Shown here: piece by piece, positions 36,282 through 49,083 of the stretch
How the letters are laid out: every line of letters starts with the position of its first letter
Numbering within the stretch: position 1 is the stretch's first letter
Origin: Trichosphaerium sp. ATCC 40318
Taxonomy: Eukaryota; Protista; Tubulinea
Reading direction: 5' to 3'
NCBI GenBank assembly: GCA_038496445.1
Contig: JALMLS010000030.1
Location: 136,516-200,515 of the forward strand
DNA: 64,000 bases
Notes under the pieces: generated by a model
What the model was told of the DNA's origin: nothing
Databases searched by the model: none
The model's input: the letters and a program-made list of their open reading frames with translations, nothing else
Translations under genes and position numbers: made by a program

Positions 36282-39200
36282 ATGAGACAAGCAACAACGA
36301 CTGTTTTACAACTATTGTTGGTTACATTCATAGTTATCACGTGGTCCCATGATCCCGTTATACGTATTGGTCTTATATACGGATTAAACAACAACATAAC
36401 CCATTCGGGAGACCAACTTGCACTACAAGGTCATCAGATGTGGCAAGACGAAGTAATTTTTTTATCTGAGCTTTCTGCGATTGTATTGACACTTTTTTTA
36501 ATTTACCAGGTCAATGCTCGCGGCGGTATTACTATCAATACCATTAAACACCAAGTAGAACTTGTTCTGTTTGCATTTGACTATAGCTGTATGCAAAAGT
36601 TCTATTTAGCTCACTAATGCCTTCACCTAGCCTGGAATGATACCTCGAAGGAGGTCTGGGAAAATGGCGCCAGAAAGTTGATTGACCAAGAAGTTGACTT
36701 TGTATTGTTGGTGCGTTGTTTGACTTTTAGTCCTAATTCTCGTATGTGCGATAACTAGCAGCCGCAGTATTACTGTTGTAGGTTATTCTTCTTAAAATTA
36801 ATAAGTGTAGCCAGCGCGTTGGACAGACTTTTTTAATATTATAACAAACGAACATGGAATCAACGCAATACTGCGTACGACTTTTTGTTAGAATTTTCCC
36901 TGTTGTTTTTGCTTTGTACTAGTTGAGTATCATACTTGAGTCACAGCAATGCCAGGTATTGGTGTTTGGTATTTATTGTTATAGCGCAACCTGTTCGACC
37001 TGAGTATAATGCATGTGATGAAAGATTAAAACCTCCATGTACTGTGCCTGTAGGAAGAAGGTTTAAATACTATTTTGGATTACTTGCACCATATGCAAAC
37101 AGTTACACAGAATCTTTTAGCTTGTTGGCAAGTCGTGGTGCCCGCACTGTAGCCATTATATGGCCAGGTACTGTCAACTTCTTATGTCGGCTTCATTTAA
37201 AAGCTGGACATTTTTTGGGACAAAAACATAAATTTTGAGTTTTCTAGGCTCCTACAATCACTTGACCTAGTTCAAACGTCCCAGCTTTACATCGAATCCT
37301 ACACGTTATACATCTTAAGTGCTCACCAAATGTCTATGCTTAGATGGGGCGGGATATGACAGTTTAATTGAAGATGCAATTAAATCTATGCCATTTCTTA
37401 ATCTGACAGTTATATACACAAACAACATACCAGCACAAACAATAAACATGCTCAATGTATCCATAAAAAGTACATTGCGACCAATTGTCAAAGAACTCAA
37501 GGAACATAATCCAGGTACACAATTTTTAAATACTGGTGAAAATGCTTACCAGACTTTAGATATTGTATTGATAGAAGCATTTGCCATTTGTGGGGATTTT
37601 ATCACTGTTTCAAAAGAGCTTGACTTTAATCCAAAGGTGTGAATTATTTCTTATGCGTTTTACTACATTGTACAAACTGTCAATTTTGTAACCTAACTTT
37701 GCTTTACAGGCTTATATATTTTCATATCTTTGTGTTAGTCCGTTTGATGAGATTACTGATGATTTAAAGTATACCTTGTCTATCGGATTTTTTGTAATAC
37801 ACTCTTATTATTCTATTTTATTTGAATAACTCATTTTAGTGGGACAAAAACCTTAACACTGAATTTCATGACGAAAACAACATGACAAATTTCCATCATT
37901 TTGTGAGCAATGGAACAATCGCATCACCAATGATATTCAACAACAAGTATAAACAACGATTTGGACAGGATCCCACTGCTGTTGGTGCCATGGGTTACGT
38001 TTCAGGATACATAATTCAGTACGCGTATGAAACAGCAAAGTACGGCAACAAAAAACTGATTTTTTTATGTATCACGTGACAATCACACATCTTGATTACC
38101 CTTTATATTAGTACATATGATGGTGAAACAATTCAACAGACAATCCTTACAATGGATATCACTGGGTTTTATGGAGAGGTTACTTTTGATAGGTTTGGTC
38201 AGAATAGCGGAAGGAATCGATTGGTGTATCAATATGGACAAGATCTCAATCAAAAAATTGTTGGTCCTCTTTATGCTGCAACTACACAGCTCATATATCC
38301 AGCTCCAAAACGGAATGAACGTCATACTACATTTGGATGGTACAGTACGTTCTTTTTATTTTCTTATTTCGTTTCTCTTTTTCTTCATTTATTCTCACTT
38401 TATTTGTATTTCAAGAACAAACAAGTGAGCTTGTGATGCTTTGTTTGGTTAGCGGTCTCATAGTCATCACTCTTGGTCTCATTCCGTGGGTATTAATATA
38501 CCGCAACCATCGGGCAATGTGTGCATCACAACCTTTGTTCGTTGTACTTGCTCTTGTATGTTCCTAAATCTACGCAAACCTATTGTTCACTAATTTTTAT
38601 TGTTTAGATTGGAACAATATTCATGTATGCGACTGTCTTCTTTTGGACACTTCACACTGATGATTTGCATTGTAATGTTGTGAGATGGCTTCTTGGAGTC
38701 GGTTTTGGTGTAAGTCAAAATTTTGTAATACATAGTAGGATGTCACATTGACTAACACGTGATAGCTGGCATATGGAGCAATGTTTGCTCGTATTTACAG
38801 AATTGGTCAAATATTTTTTGAAAAACGTTTGGCAGTCAAAACAGTCACCAACAGGATGATCCTTCCAATTGTCACTGGTATTGTTGTCACTGAGGTGCTG
38901 ATATTAGCTATATGGACAGGTGTGAGTCCATCGAAAGCTGAATATGAGCAAGTGTCAACACCACACATTCTATCTGATGACTACTATGATTGTTCAAACA
39001 CAACAACAGATACAGTGTTCTTGTCAATACTCCTTGCTTTCAATACATGCGTATTGTTGTATGGCATTTATTGGGTGTTCAGAATATGGAGATTGAAGGC
39101 TGTTCTTTACAACGAATCAAAGTACGATAGTAGCAATATTGAAAATCCATCTGAATTTGAATAGATCAATTGGATTCGCAGTTTACACTCTTACATTCTT

Positions 39201-39911
39201 TATCATCATCTTCATCATCGTTCAGGTACCACTTATTGTATTTAATGAAAAAAAGCTTTTAATACTTGTTTAGGTGTTTGGAAGTAGCAATCGTCCAGTT
39301 GCATTTATTCTTCGTTCCTCGTGTCTTATTCTTGGACCTTTCATCTCCATCTTATCAATTCTCATTCCAAAATGTATTACATGACACTTTCAAAAGAACA
39401 ACTTGCTATCTATGATAGAGAAAGTGATAAAAGAACAACATTATCCAATATACCAACAGCTATGACAACAATGCAAGAGTTGCAAGCGACCAATGAAGTA
39501 CTACAAGAGAAAATGAAGATATACAAAGCCAAAAAAGAAAAAAATGTGAAACAACTTGGTGACAAACTAATAACAATACAAGAATTGCAAGCAACTAATT
39601 CAAAACTACGAAAACGAGTAAAGAAATACAAAAAAGAAAGAACAACATTATCGGAAGCATTGAAAACAGTTCCAACAATACAAGAGTTACAAGAATTGAA
39701 GGCAACCAACGATAAACTGCAAAAGCAATTGGAGGAATACAAAAAAGAAGAAAATGCAAAACAATCCAATGCACTGACAACAACTACAACAATACAAGAG
39801 TTGCAAGCAACCATCGACAAACTACAAAAGGAACTGAAGGAATACAAAGAAGAAGAAAATGAGAAACAATCAGATGAAAAAAACGATTCAGACTCGGAGA
39901 TAGTGTTGTAG
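36282..39911 (+). CDS. Class C (GABA-B/Grl-like) GPCR, subfamily A copy 1: Venus-flytrap domain, 7TM, coiled-coil repeat tail
   Basis: Signal peptide; VNARGGITIN..HQVELV (periplasmic binding fold); TGFYGEVTFD; seven TM segments with YNESKSIGFAVY and ILIPK; four QELQAT repeats. Confidence 0.85.
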
Positions 39912-40041
39912 TCACAACAGCAATCATTAGTTTTAGATGTTTAACGTTCAATAAATAAACTTTGTATTTATACCAAAATAGAGCCGTGCCAGGTCCGAAA
40001 ACTTTTGGAAATTATTTTTTGTCCAAAGGAGAGATGATTTC

Positions 40042-40605
40042 ATGCAATAGAGACAGCTTTGAGGTTGTTCTAAAAAAAACACAAAAAAAATCATTTCTTC
40101 ATTTTGTGGCGTACTTGTACATTTCATGTTTATAAAAAACTGCTGTTTACTGTCGGAGTAGCTGCTTTTTGGATATAAAAAAAATCGTATCTCTTCCTTT
40201 TCCGAAGCAGTTGTGCTGGCTGTTAGGTTATGACCTTTCAAATGCACGTGTTGATTAATCGAACATCATTTATGAACAGCTTCATCCCAATACTGATGTA
40301 ATATGTCTGGAGCTTATTGTTGGAATGTTGAGCTTTCTGGACGATCTGCATTACACAATATATAATTATGGGCACACGTGTGACTTGTGGTATATGAACA
40401 AGACTGGGATGTTGATGATGATAAAGACGTCAATGAGGTTCTATACATTCGAGAATGCTTTTTAACCACTCTGCAAAACGCTTGGTATTAAACAAATGGC
40501 TCTTGGTAAACACGCTACTAAAAATTGACATGGCGTACTCGGCATTATCAGTAAAAAGACTTTATTTTCAAGATAAACACGATACAATCTTATGATACTA
40601 TTTTT
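40042..40605 (-). repeat. Inverted repeat partner of 34306-34573
   Basis: Reverse complement matches in two blocks separated by about 310 bp unique to this copy. Confidence 0.85.
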
Positions 40606-41114
40606 CAGTCTAGCAAATTCTTGTATGGAAAAAAACATACGAAACGATAAACCTATTATAGTATCTGTATGTTTTTTCTATTTTTTGTATTTGACCAAAA
40701 TACACGGTTTAGGATAGATGACCATGATAGGCATCACTTGTGTTGATGCAAATACAAAAAAAATTCGGTAGCATGACACTTTAAGGCGTTTATGAAAACG
40801 ATTTTGAAAACTCAAACTTCTTACTTTTTAATTTATGCTCAACAATTGATTCTAATTCCTTGCCTCCATTTTCTTGCAACAGTAATATAAATATAACAGT
40901 GATTTGTAATGCAGTGCCTGATCTGAATTATATTAGGTATCTGTCTATATCTTCAGCATTGAGCGGAAGTTCGCTTACAAAAGCTACACAAACAATGAGA
41001 ACTGTATAAACAAAACTAACTGTCTTCTTCCGTCAAGGTAACAAAGACAATGTACCGCTATTTGTTGGTGAGAAATCACATGGTAAAAATAACACCATAG
41101 TATTTTTCTTTTGC

Positions 41115-41490
41115 AACAAAAAAGGGGAGATCGCGGCACGTGTATTTTTGTCTTGCGCTGGGTTAATACCTAATGTGATTCCACACTAGGCGTGTCAGGC
41201 CCCGCAAGCTTGATGTGGGTATTGGTCTTTCATTTTGTCGTCTTGAGAATGCCCTTGTAGAATTGAATCGGTACCAAAACAAAAAAGGGGAGATCGCGGC
41301 ACGTGTATTTTGTCTTGCGCTGGGTTTATGCCTAATGTGATTCCACACTAGGCGTGTCAGGCCACGCAAGCTTGATGTGGGTATTGGAACCGCAGATTGA
41401 CTCCATTCGGAGCCCCACAGTCCTCTTTGGAAAGATTTAGTGATTGGCCAAGAGGAAGGAGAGGTCTTTCATTTTGTCGTCTTGAAAATG
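41115..41490. repeat. Local direct duplication of a GC-richer ~110-bp unit (41115-41225 and 41278-41387) plus a shared ggtctttcattttgtcgtcttga block
   Basis: Near-identical copies read directly from the sequence; the first copy lacks about 75 bp. Confidence 0.9.
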
Positions 41491-42567
41491 CCCATGGGCA
41501 CTTTTAAGACTACCTCGTTGCTGTACTCTTCCTCGAGAAACATTGAAACGGATTAACGTTTTCAGTCTTGGTGACAATAACACCGCATTGAAATTCGAAG
41601 AATCACGTATCCATGGCCACACAGTCCTACCGCTTCCATCCTTGACTTTGTTTTTTTCTTTATATTGAATTTAAACATAGTAGGTTTCAAGGTTTAATAC
41701 GGAAGGCTGTGTTTGTTTAGTAGCCGCTCCCCACTAGAATTGACAATCTGTTAAGTTTTAAGTCCGTGACGTTTGAAAACAAAAAAAAAGTGGTACCTAT
41801 GGTTTGTATGTAAAACCGTATTAGGGCTTCCTATGATCTATCTAATCAAAGTAGTAAACCAAATATTTTTTGTGGTAGTTCAGAAAACAGGGAGGTATAT
41901 TTCGCATTTTCTTTCAGGTGTCCAGAAAACTCACTTTTTTTCAGATTTTGCATACATTGTAACTTACAATTCCCTCGCTGCACAGGATCTACTCCACGTG
42001 CTAACCTAAACGTCGTATGTATTAGCATTAAAAAGTACAATGTCACGAGAACGTTATCTATTCCAAACCAGTTATGTACCTCACAACGGGTGAGTGCTAA
42101 CAATCCGCTACCATATTGCATAAATTATCATAAAACTAAGTTGCATATTCACGCTCTTGGATTCATAGGCGTTAGTAGACGAGTTTAAAACCCAAGAGAA
42201 CTTGTGCCTTTACTAACAACCTTGTAGAAATTGCTATATCTTCACTTGTTGTTAACGTTGCAAGAGGTATTGCCACAGGAGGTCTAGTTGGTGTTATGTA
42301 AATAAATTGAAACTTGCACCTTTAAAATTCTTAGAATACATGGAAGCTAAATCACGTGCGGGTAGTTACAAAAATCCTTCACAGTGGTTGGACACTATCG
42401 GGTTAATTTTTGATTGAGTATTGTTATACTGTTGAAGTGATGTTGTTGTCACAGCGTGAGTGAAGCATCTTGCCTTGACGGAGATTTTCTGGTGAGAAAA
42501 AAAAATGGCAACAAAATCAGCTTGTTGACGTCAACGATCTTATTTTCGTATTTCAGTCCTTCACACA

Positions 42568-43483
42568 ATGGCAGAATCTAATCCAAAGGTATTTTTTGAT
42601 GTTAAAGTCGGCCGAAAAGCCCTAGGCAGAATCGAGATGGAAGTAAGTTCATAAACAACGCTATAATCATGATTTACAACGTTTTATAGTTGTTTGCCGA
42701 CGTTGTTCCAAAGACTGCTGAAAATTTCCGCTGCCTATGCACCGGTACGTTACTTGTACCTTCCGATCGCGTTTGTGATGTCTTTTTGTATCTTTACGTT
42801 CTAATTTTTTTTACAACAGGCGAAAAGGGTGTCACAAAGAGCGGCAAGAAGCTACACTACAAGGGATCCAAGTTTCACCGTGTAAGAAATTAATCTTATC
42901 AAGATTTATCTAAAACTCCCTTTAGGTTATCCCACAGTTTATGTTACAAGGTGGTGACTTCACCAAAGGCAACGGCACCGGTAAATAACGACTAATACTG
43001 ATATTTAAACAAAAAAATGTTTCCATGTCTCCAAAACTCTAAAATACCCTCCCTAGGCGGTGTATCCATCTACGGCAACAAGTTCGAAGATGAGAACTTT
43101 GAATTGACGCATACAGGACCAGGAACACTATCTATGGCTAACGCTGGACCTAACACCAACGGATCTCAGTTCTTTATCTGTACTGTTAAGACTGAATGGC
43201 TTGATGGGAAACACGTTGTTTTTGGTAAAGTAACGAAGGGCATGGAGGTTGTAGAAGCCATCGAAAAGTACGTGATCCTCATTGACACGCTGAGATGAGA
43301 AAAAAAAAAGATCCAGTTTGGACGGTTTTTTTTTGGTTTTTTTTTGTTTCTTCTTTCTTTTGCAGCGTACTGCTGTTTTGAGGTTCGTTTAATTAACGAT
43401 TTTTCCTTTATAGACTTGGAAGCAAACATGGTAAGACTAAAAAAACCATTACTATCGATGATTGCGGTGAATTGAAGGAGTAA
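42568..43483 (+). CDS. Cyclophilin A-type peptidyl-prolyl isomerase (6 exons)
   Basis: [75 protein letters not shown]. Confidence 0.95.
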
Positions 43484-44533
43484 AAAAAGATCTCTATTTC
43501 TGATGTTCAAATAAAATTTAAAATGGTAAACACTTGCCATTTTTTTATTAATCACGTGTAAACAACACAAAGTAAATTCTCGAAATGTTGTTTCTAAATT
43601 ACTATTCTGTTTTCGGTGAGGTGTTTAAATCCTTGTCAGAACGACGTTCACGTAGATTCACTGTCTTGTATGCATTGGTCTATTTTCCTCACTCACCTTG
43701 TTAGTGAGTTTACTATTAGTTATTGTGAGTTGCTTTGAGCACGTGCAAGCAAGTAAAATCTGAGTACTTAACAGTCATTTTACTTCCAATAACGTTGTTT
43801 CAAGCGAAAATAAATGCAGACAAACAAATGCTAGCCAAATGGTCCGAAAAACCCAAATGACAGTTTTTTTCTGATCAAAGACAATACATCTCCGAAGGAG
43901 AACCTTCGCTAGATCAAAACAAACTAAATCGTAACCTACATACATAACCTGAATGGCAGTAAAAACTGTAGAGCCTTGTACAATACAACGCATTTTTCAT
44001 GAAAAACCGGTTGACAGAACTTACGTTTCAAAGTGCTCTTATAAAATAAATCATGGAATAAACGCTATCTGGGTAATTCACATTGTACCATTTTCAAAAT
44101 GCATGATGCATTATGGTCAGATGTACTAATCTATCCTGTTCGAATTCTTTATCTTCTACCCTATTTCGCTTTCATAAAAAAAAATGCTGATCTTCCGCAC
44201 CCTCAATCATGAACACCCACGGAACCCTCTACTTTGTCAGACGTGATACTTAGTGGCTATATACCGGTTATAGCAGACAAAACAAAAAGAAGCAGATAGT
44301 GTCAATACTACTTCCATAGTTGTTCAAAATGTGACATATAATTTTGCGTTAAAATCACAAAAAATCGGTCCCAGTTTCTTTGCCAAAGGATAATACTTTT
44401 TGGTTTAGTTGTGACAGGACTATGACCACCTTTACTACGGCAATATAAAGTGATTGTCCGAGAAGAGTTACTAGTTGTGTAGTTTGGATTTTTTTCAGAT
44501 TTTTTATTTTATTTACAACACAGTGTATCATTG

Positions 44534-46229
44534 TTACATAACCATCATTGAGCTTCTTTGATTAAAAAAATTACGCACAACCAAGTTTACATTACCACCA
44601 TGCTTTGTAAGAAGATTAAGGGTCTCTTTGTTCTTTTGAAAACCCATTTCATAAAGTTGTTCCATTTCTCGAGCGTAAAAAGGATAAGAGAATCCATTAT
44701 TACAATAATCCTCAACCTCATAATCACTAGAGAATGATTCTGTCATCTCGTCAGCATCGTTACCGACGCTTATTATTTTAACACCAAGGCGCGGCCCAAA
44801 TCTGCTTCCATTACCCGAAAGGCGAAAGAACGCATTATAGGTACCAGGTACTACAAGGAGAAGTTAACAACTTGCATACAAAAAAATACACGCTCCGACA
44901 GGCAAAAGAAACCCATGAATGTAAGGCGCACGCCAACAACAATTTTTCAGTGAAAAGGCTGTTTCGGCTCAACTTTTTGACCGCGGTCTAAAAACGTACC
45001 CTCTGGCGCGCGTAGGTTAACGCTGACTAAGATTTCCTGCCCAGGATTAACCTCTCTTAAAAGAGGGATCTCCTGAGGAGCAGATAAATTATTATAACTG
45101 CTAACAAGTAACAGTGTTGTGCCTAAAAAATCCCAAGTCAAAAAAAAAACCAAAAAAAAAAAAAAACAATTGAACCATTCTGTGCACGTTTTTGTTGAAA
45201 CTCCAACGATCTTTTTTAACAATAACAATCACATTCACGTGTCTGTTGTAAAAGAAAAAATTGCAATTTGCAATTTTTTTGTGTACCTTGTGGCCAACTC
45301 TTTGAGCAAATGTTTTGGACCTTCCAGGTCTTAACAAAATCGCATCCAGCAGAAATCTCAGTATTATTCTGTATGGTTGCATGCGCAACTAATCGCGCCC
45401 CAAAACCATGCTTTGACCCTGAACCACCAAAGGACGAAGCTTTTATATTATTTCCGCGGTTTATCCAACCTCCGCGGCCTTTTTTACCTCTTTGTACATT
45501 AACACATCCCTTACCACTCAAAATACCACGAGAGGCTAATTCAGCCAATACTACTCGTTTCTGCAAGAGTTTTTTGTTGGGCTTTTTTCCAACGCTTTCT
45601 TTTTTCATTTGGACATGTAAGCGTTGTTTCTCTTGCCTATAGAGATACAATGGTAAGGATATGAGGTCTATAGATGTTGACAGAAAAAAATAAAAAGGCG
45701 CGTGGAATTCGTAGAGAAAACTTGGTTTTATAGCGTGTTGGTTGTTTACGGGTTCTATACGTACTTGATGAGCGGGCTTTTGGGTTTTGGAGTGTGCCGT
45801 TTTTCCGAAACGGTAGATTCTACCGTATCAGCTGCAATTAAGCTTTCTACTGCCTTCCTAGAAAGAGCATTGTTATCCTTCTGTTGTAGAGTATTCGACG
45901 AGCTTGTGCCACAATAAACCCAAACACGAAGAGGTTTTTTATGACTCAACGCAATGTGAAGATCTGTGAGGCTATGAGGGTTGTTAGGAGATCAGAACGG
46001 GGGAAAGTGGTAGAAATCTGGTTTATACGCACCACACCATCGTTACTTTCTCCTGTTCGTCATCCTCATATTTTATACGGATGTCTTGCCCGTATAAGCC
46101 GTACGCTTCGAGAATATTATTTCGAAGTGCATCGAAGGAGTCGCGAGGGAAGTAAAATACTCTAATGTCGTCGTGGAAGTAAGCTTTGCATTTAATCTTG
46201 TTGGTGGAGGTAAAATCAGTCATTTTCAT
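44534..46229 (-). CDS. NBR1-like autophagy receptor: PB1 - NBR1 FW/Ig-like - UBA (no ZZ finger seen)
   Basis: PB1 IKYEDDEQEKVTM; FW domain ARLVAHATI.....FVKTWKVQN...WP, FRLSGNGSRFGPRL; UBA MEQLYEMGF...NLLTKHGGNVNLVV. Confidence 0.8.
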
Positions 46230-46690
46230 CAAAGTTTGCCGTTGGTGTATAAGTAAGCCACCTATGAGTACGGTAAGGATAAAATAGAGCAAGACGATCC
46301 ATTTATAAGCTTCGAAGTAGCTAATACTTTCATAAATTAAACCACAACGCACCTGTGGATTCGTTGATGAGGTCGGAATGAAAAAAAGCCTTAAGCTGCC
46401 ATAGATTACAACTTAAGTGAATGGAATTAACCACGTTGTACTTTTTTTGTGATAAATACGCGAACCCATGTTTTATATTGCAAGTTGTACCGGTTCATGT
46501 GAAACTTTTTCGTGGTACAAATATGACAAATGGCCACCAAAGTACTCAGTTATACCGACCAGAGGTGCTCGTGCATGTGACGCGTAGTATTGGGCAATTT
46601 ATACGCGGCAGAGTTGCTCTGGCTAAACGTACATACGACAGCACTTCAGTGAAACTATCAGCTAGCTATGCCTTAGCCACTAAAGTTGAA

Positions 46691-47758
46691 ATGTCGTTCC
46701 ATGTAGTACAACCGTACCAGTACTATTGTGTTCTTGACTTTGAAGCTACTTGCGAGCGTTATTTTCCACGTTCATACCAAAATGAAATAATAGAGTTCCC
46801 AGTAGTTGTAATAGACGCCGCTAACTACCGTGTATTGCCTGAAAGCTTCAGAGTGTTTGTAAAACCAAATATAAATCCTAAGCTCACAGAATTTTGTACA
46901 GAGCTCACAGGCATTACACAGGTGCGTAATAACTTGCATAAATACGAACGAACCGTTAATGGTTCCCAAAGGACCAAGTTGACAAAGGAGTAACTCTATC
47001 GGAAGCAGTTGACCTTTTTGATGCGTGGCAGGCCAAACATATTCCGGGTTAGCAATTTTACAGATGATTCCGTTAACGCTAACACGTGAAAAATTTCCAG
47101 GTTCATGGGCGTTCATAACAGACGGGTATGAATGAAAAAGATGATAATCTTCTGGTTGTTCAAAAAAATTGCTGATGTTTATCTTGTTTGAAGTTGATCA
47201 CTTTTTAGGCCATGGGATTTAAGGAGGTTCTTGGATAGGGAGTGTAAATTAAAGAATATAAAGAAGCCTTCATATTGTGATAGTTGGGTTAACATTAGAT
47301 GGTTGAATGCTTCATTCTATAACAAGAAACGTGGTAACATCGAAAGAATGCTTGGAGATTTTGGCATGCAGTTTCAAGGAAGCCCGCATTCAGGTTCCTT
47401 TATAACAACCAATAATTTGGATTGCCATTAAAAAATTACTTTAGGAATCGATGACGCAAGGAACATTGCAAGGATAGCACGTGCGGCACTTATTATTTTT
47501 TTCTTATTTTTTTCTCGTTTGTTGGTTTTGTTTACAGTCTATCTAGTACGCATGATGTGTGATGGATGTTTGATGGTTATAAATGACTCTTTGGCTTACC
47601 CTATAGATGGTCAATACGAAACTAATACTCCAACATACATTGATACAAAGCGTTGTAATCACTGTAAAAAGATTGGACATATTGATGACAAGTGTTGGTT
47701 TAAGCATCCACATCTTAACCCGTATAATCAAAGAGCTTCGATTGTTGTACCTAATTAA
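46691..47758 (+). CDS. ERI1-like DEDDh 3'-5' exoribonuclease with a C-terminal CCHC zinc knuckle
   Basis: VLDFEATC, EIIEFP, LTEFCTELTGITQ, TDGPWDL, HSGIDDARNIA; CNHCKKIGHIDDKCWFKHP. Confidence 0.88.
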
Positions 47759-48010
47759 TCAACAAAAAGTCTACAGGCTTGAATAAATATTTTCTAGCCT
47801 TTTACCTTCATGCTTTGTACGGGAAACGAACGTTTTATGCCAATCAAACTTTTTGTCCATTTTTTGTGTTACTCAATTATTTGACTGGTACCAGAATTAA
47901 CTGAACTGAACAAACACGGCTAGGAGTAAGCCTGAATACAAAATTCTAAGCCACAACACTCCACTCAAGCGACACAACGTTTTTCAATATTAAAACACCG
48001 ATCCGCGGAT

Positions 48011-48943
48011 ATGAGCGCTCCAGAATCACTTGATAGCATACTATCATACCTACCGGTAGAGATACAGCTTGATATTATCGATTTGGACCTCGAAGTGTAC
48101 AAAAAGTGGCCTATCTTGTCTAAACACGCTGCAACTACAACAAGATTTGATAGTGAGCTTAATAAGAGCGGTAAATGGAAACGAATAGAGATTATACCAC
48201 GGTATAGCAAATCGCCAGTCGAACAATTTAGTATTGTAAACTGGGCACGTGGTAAAAAACATGGAGAATCCAAGTCGTGGCGTGACACATTGACATTAAA
48301 ATGTAACTATGTCAATGGTGAGCTTGAAGGAGAGTATAAAGAGTGGTATTCAGATGGATCATTTAATAATGATGGTGAGTTAGAAGGAGAGTTGAATGGT
48401 AGTAAATTGTGTAAGCAATGTTATTATGTCAATGGTAAGCGTGAAGGAGTGAGAAAAGAATGGTTTCAGGATGGTACTCTAGAGCTGCATTGCCATTATG
48501 TATTTGGTAGACTGGAAGGAGAATATAAAAGGTGGTTTGAGACTGGTCAATTGGAGTGTAGTGGTAACTTTGTTTGTAGAAAAAGAACAGGAGTGTGGCG
48601 GTTTTGGTATGATAATGGCCAACTGAAAGAGCATGCTAATTATGTCAATGATGTAAAAGAAGGAGCATATCAATGTTGGTATAAGAATGGACAGTTATGG
48701 GAACAGGTTACCAATGATGGAGCGTATATGCGTTGGTATGAAAATGGTCAAGCAAGAGAACAGTTTTATTATAATAGTAATGGTCACCAAGAAGGAGAGT
48801 ATAAGGAATGGCATAGCAATGGCCAGTTGAGGAAGAAATGTTATTTCGTCAAAGGTAGATTTCATGGAGAATATAAAAGATGGAGTAAAACAGGCTTCCT
48901 GATTGTACACCATAAATACGTTGATGGTATGCAATTGAAGTAA
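48011..48943 (+). CDS. Intronless MORN-variant (YwqK-like) repeat protein with an F-box-like N-terminus
   Basis: 310-aa single ORF; ILSYLPVEIQLDII start; about ten G.YK.WY.NGQL.....Y..G units. Confidence 0.85.
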   Translation: MSAPESLDSILSYLPVEIQLDIIDLDLEVYKKWPILSKHAATTTRFDSELNKSGKWKRIEIIPRYSKSPVEQFSIVNWARGKKHGESKSWRDTLTLKCNYVNGELEGEYKEWYSDGSFNNDGELEGELNGSKLCKQCYYVNGKREGVRKEWFQDGTLELHCHYVFGRLEGEYKRWFETGQLECSGNFVCRKRTGVWRFWYDNGQLKEHANYVNDVKEGAYQCWYKNGQLWEQVTNDGAYMRWYENGQAREQFYYNSNGHQEGEYKEWHSNGQLRKKCYFVKGRFHGEYKRWSKTGFLIVHHKYVDGMQLK

Positions 48944-49083
48944 TTAACACAAGGCATAAGCTTTGCAATATGGACCATAGATTCTGTTGAGCCAACTACC
49001 AAACAACCAGACTCGGTGAGAAGTTTGGTAAAAAATAAACATGATTTTTAGCTTGAAGGTGACTGGTTTTTATTGTAGGTCAT

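Noticed and set aside
39410-39847. Ser/Cys/Phe-rich ORFs (also 55041-55415, 56795-57220, 33823-34098)
   Set aside because: Antisense shadows of the coiled-coil repeat tails
46421-46690. Long N-terminal extension of ERI1 in the ORF track
   Set aside because: Low-information sequence in the divergent promoter region shared with the NBR1-like gene; ATG 46691 directly precedes the nuclease domain, though an upstream start cannot be excluded
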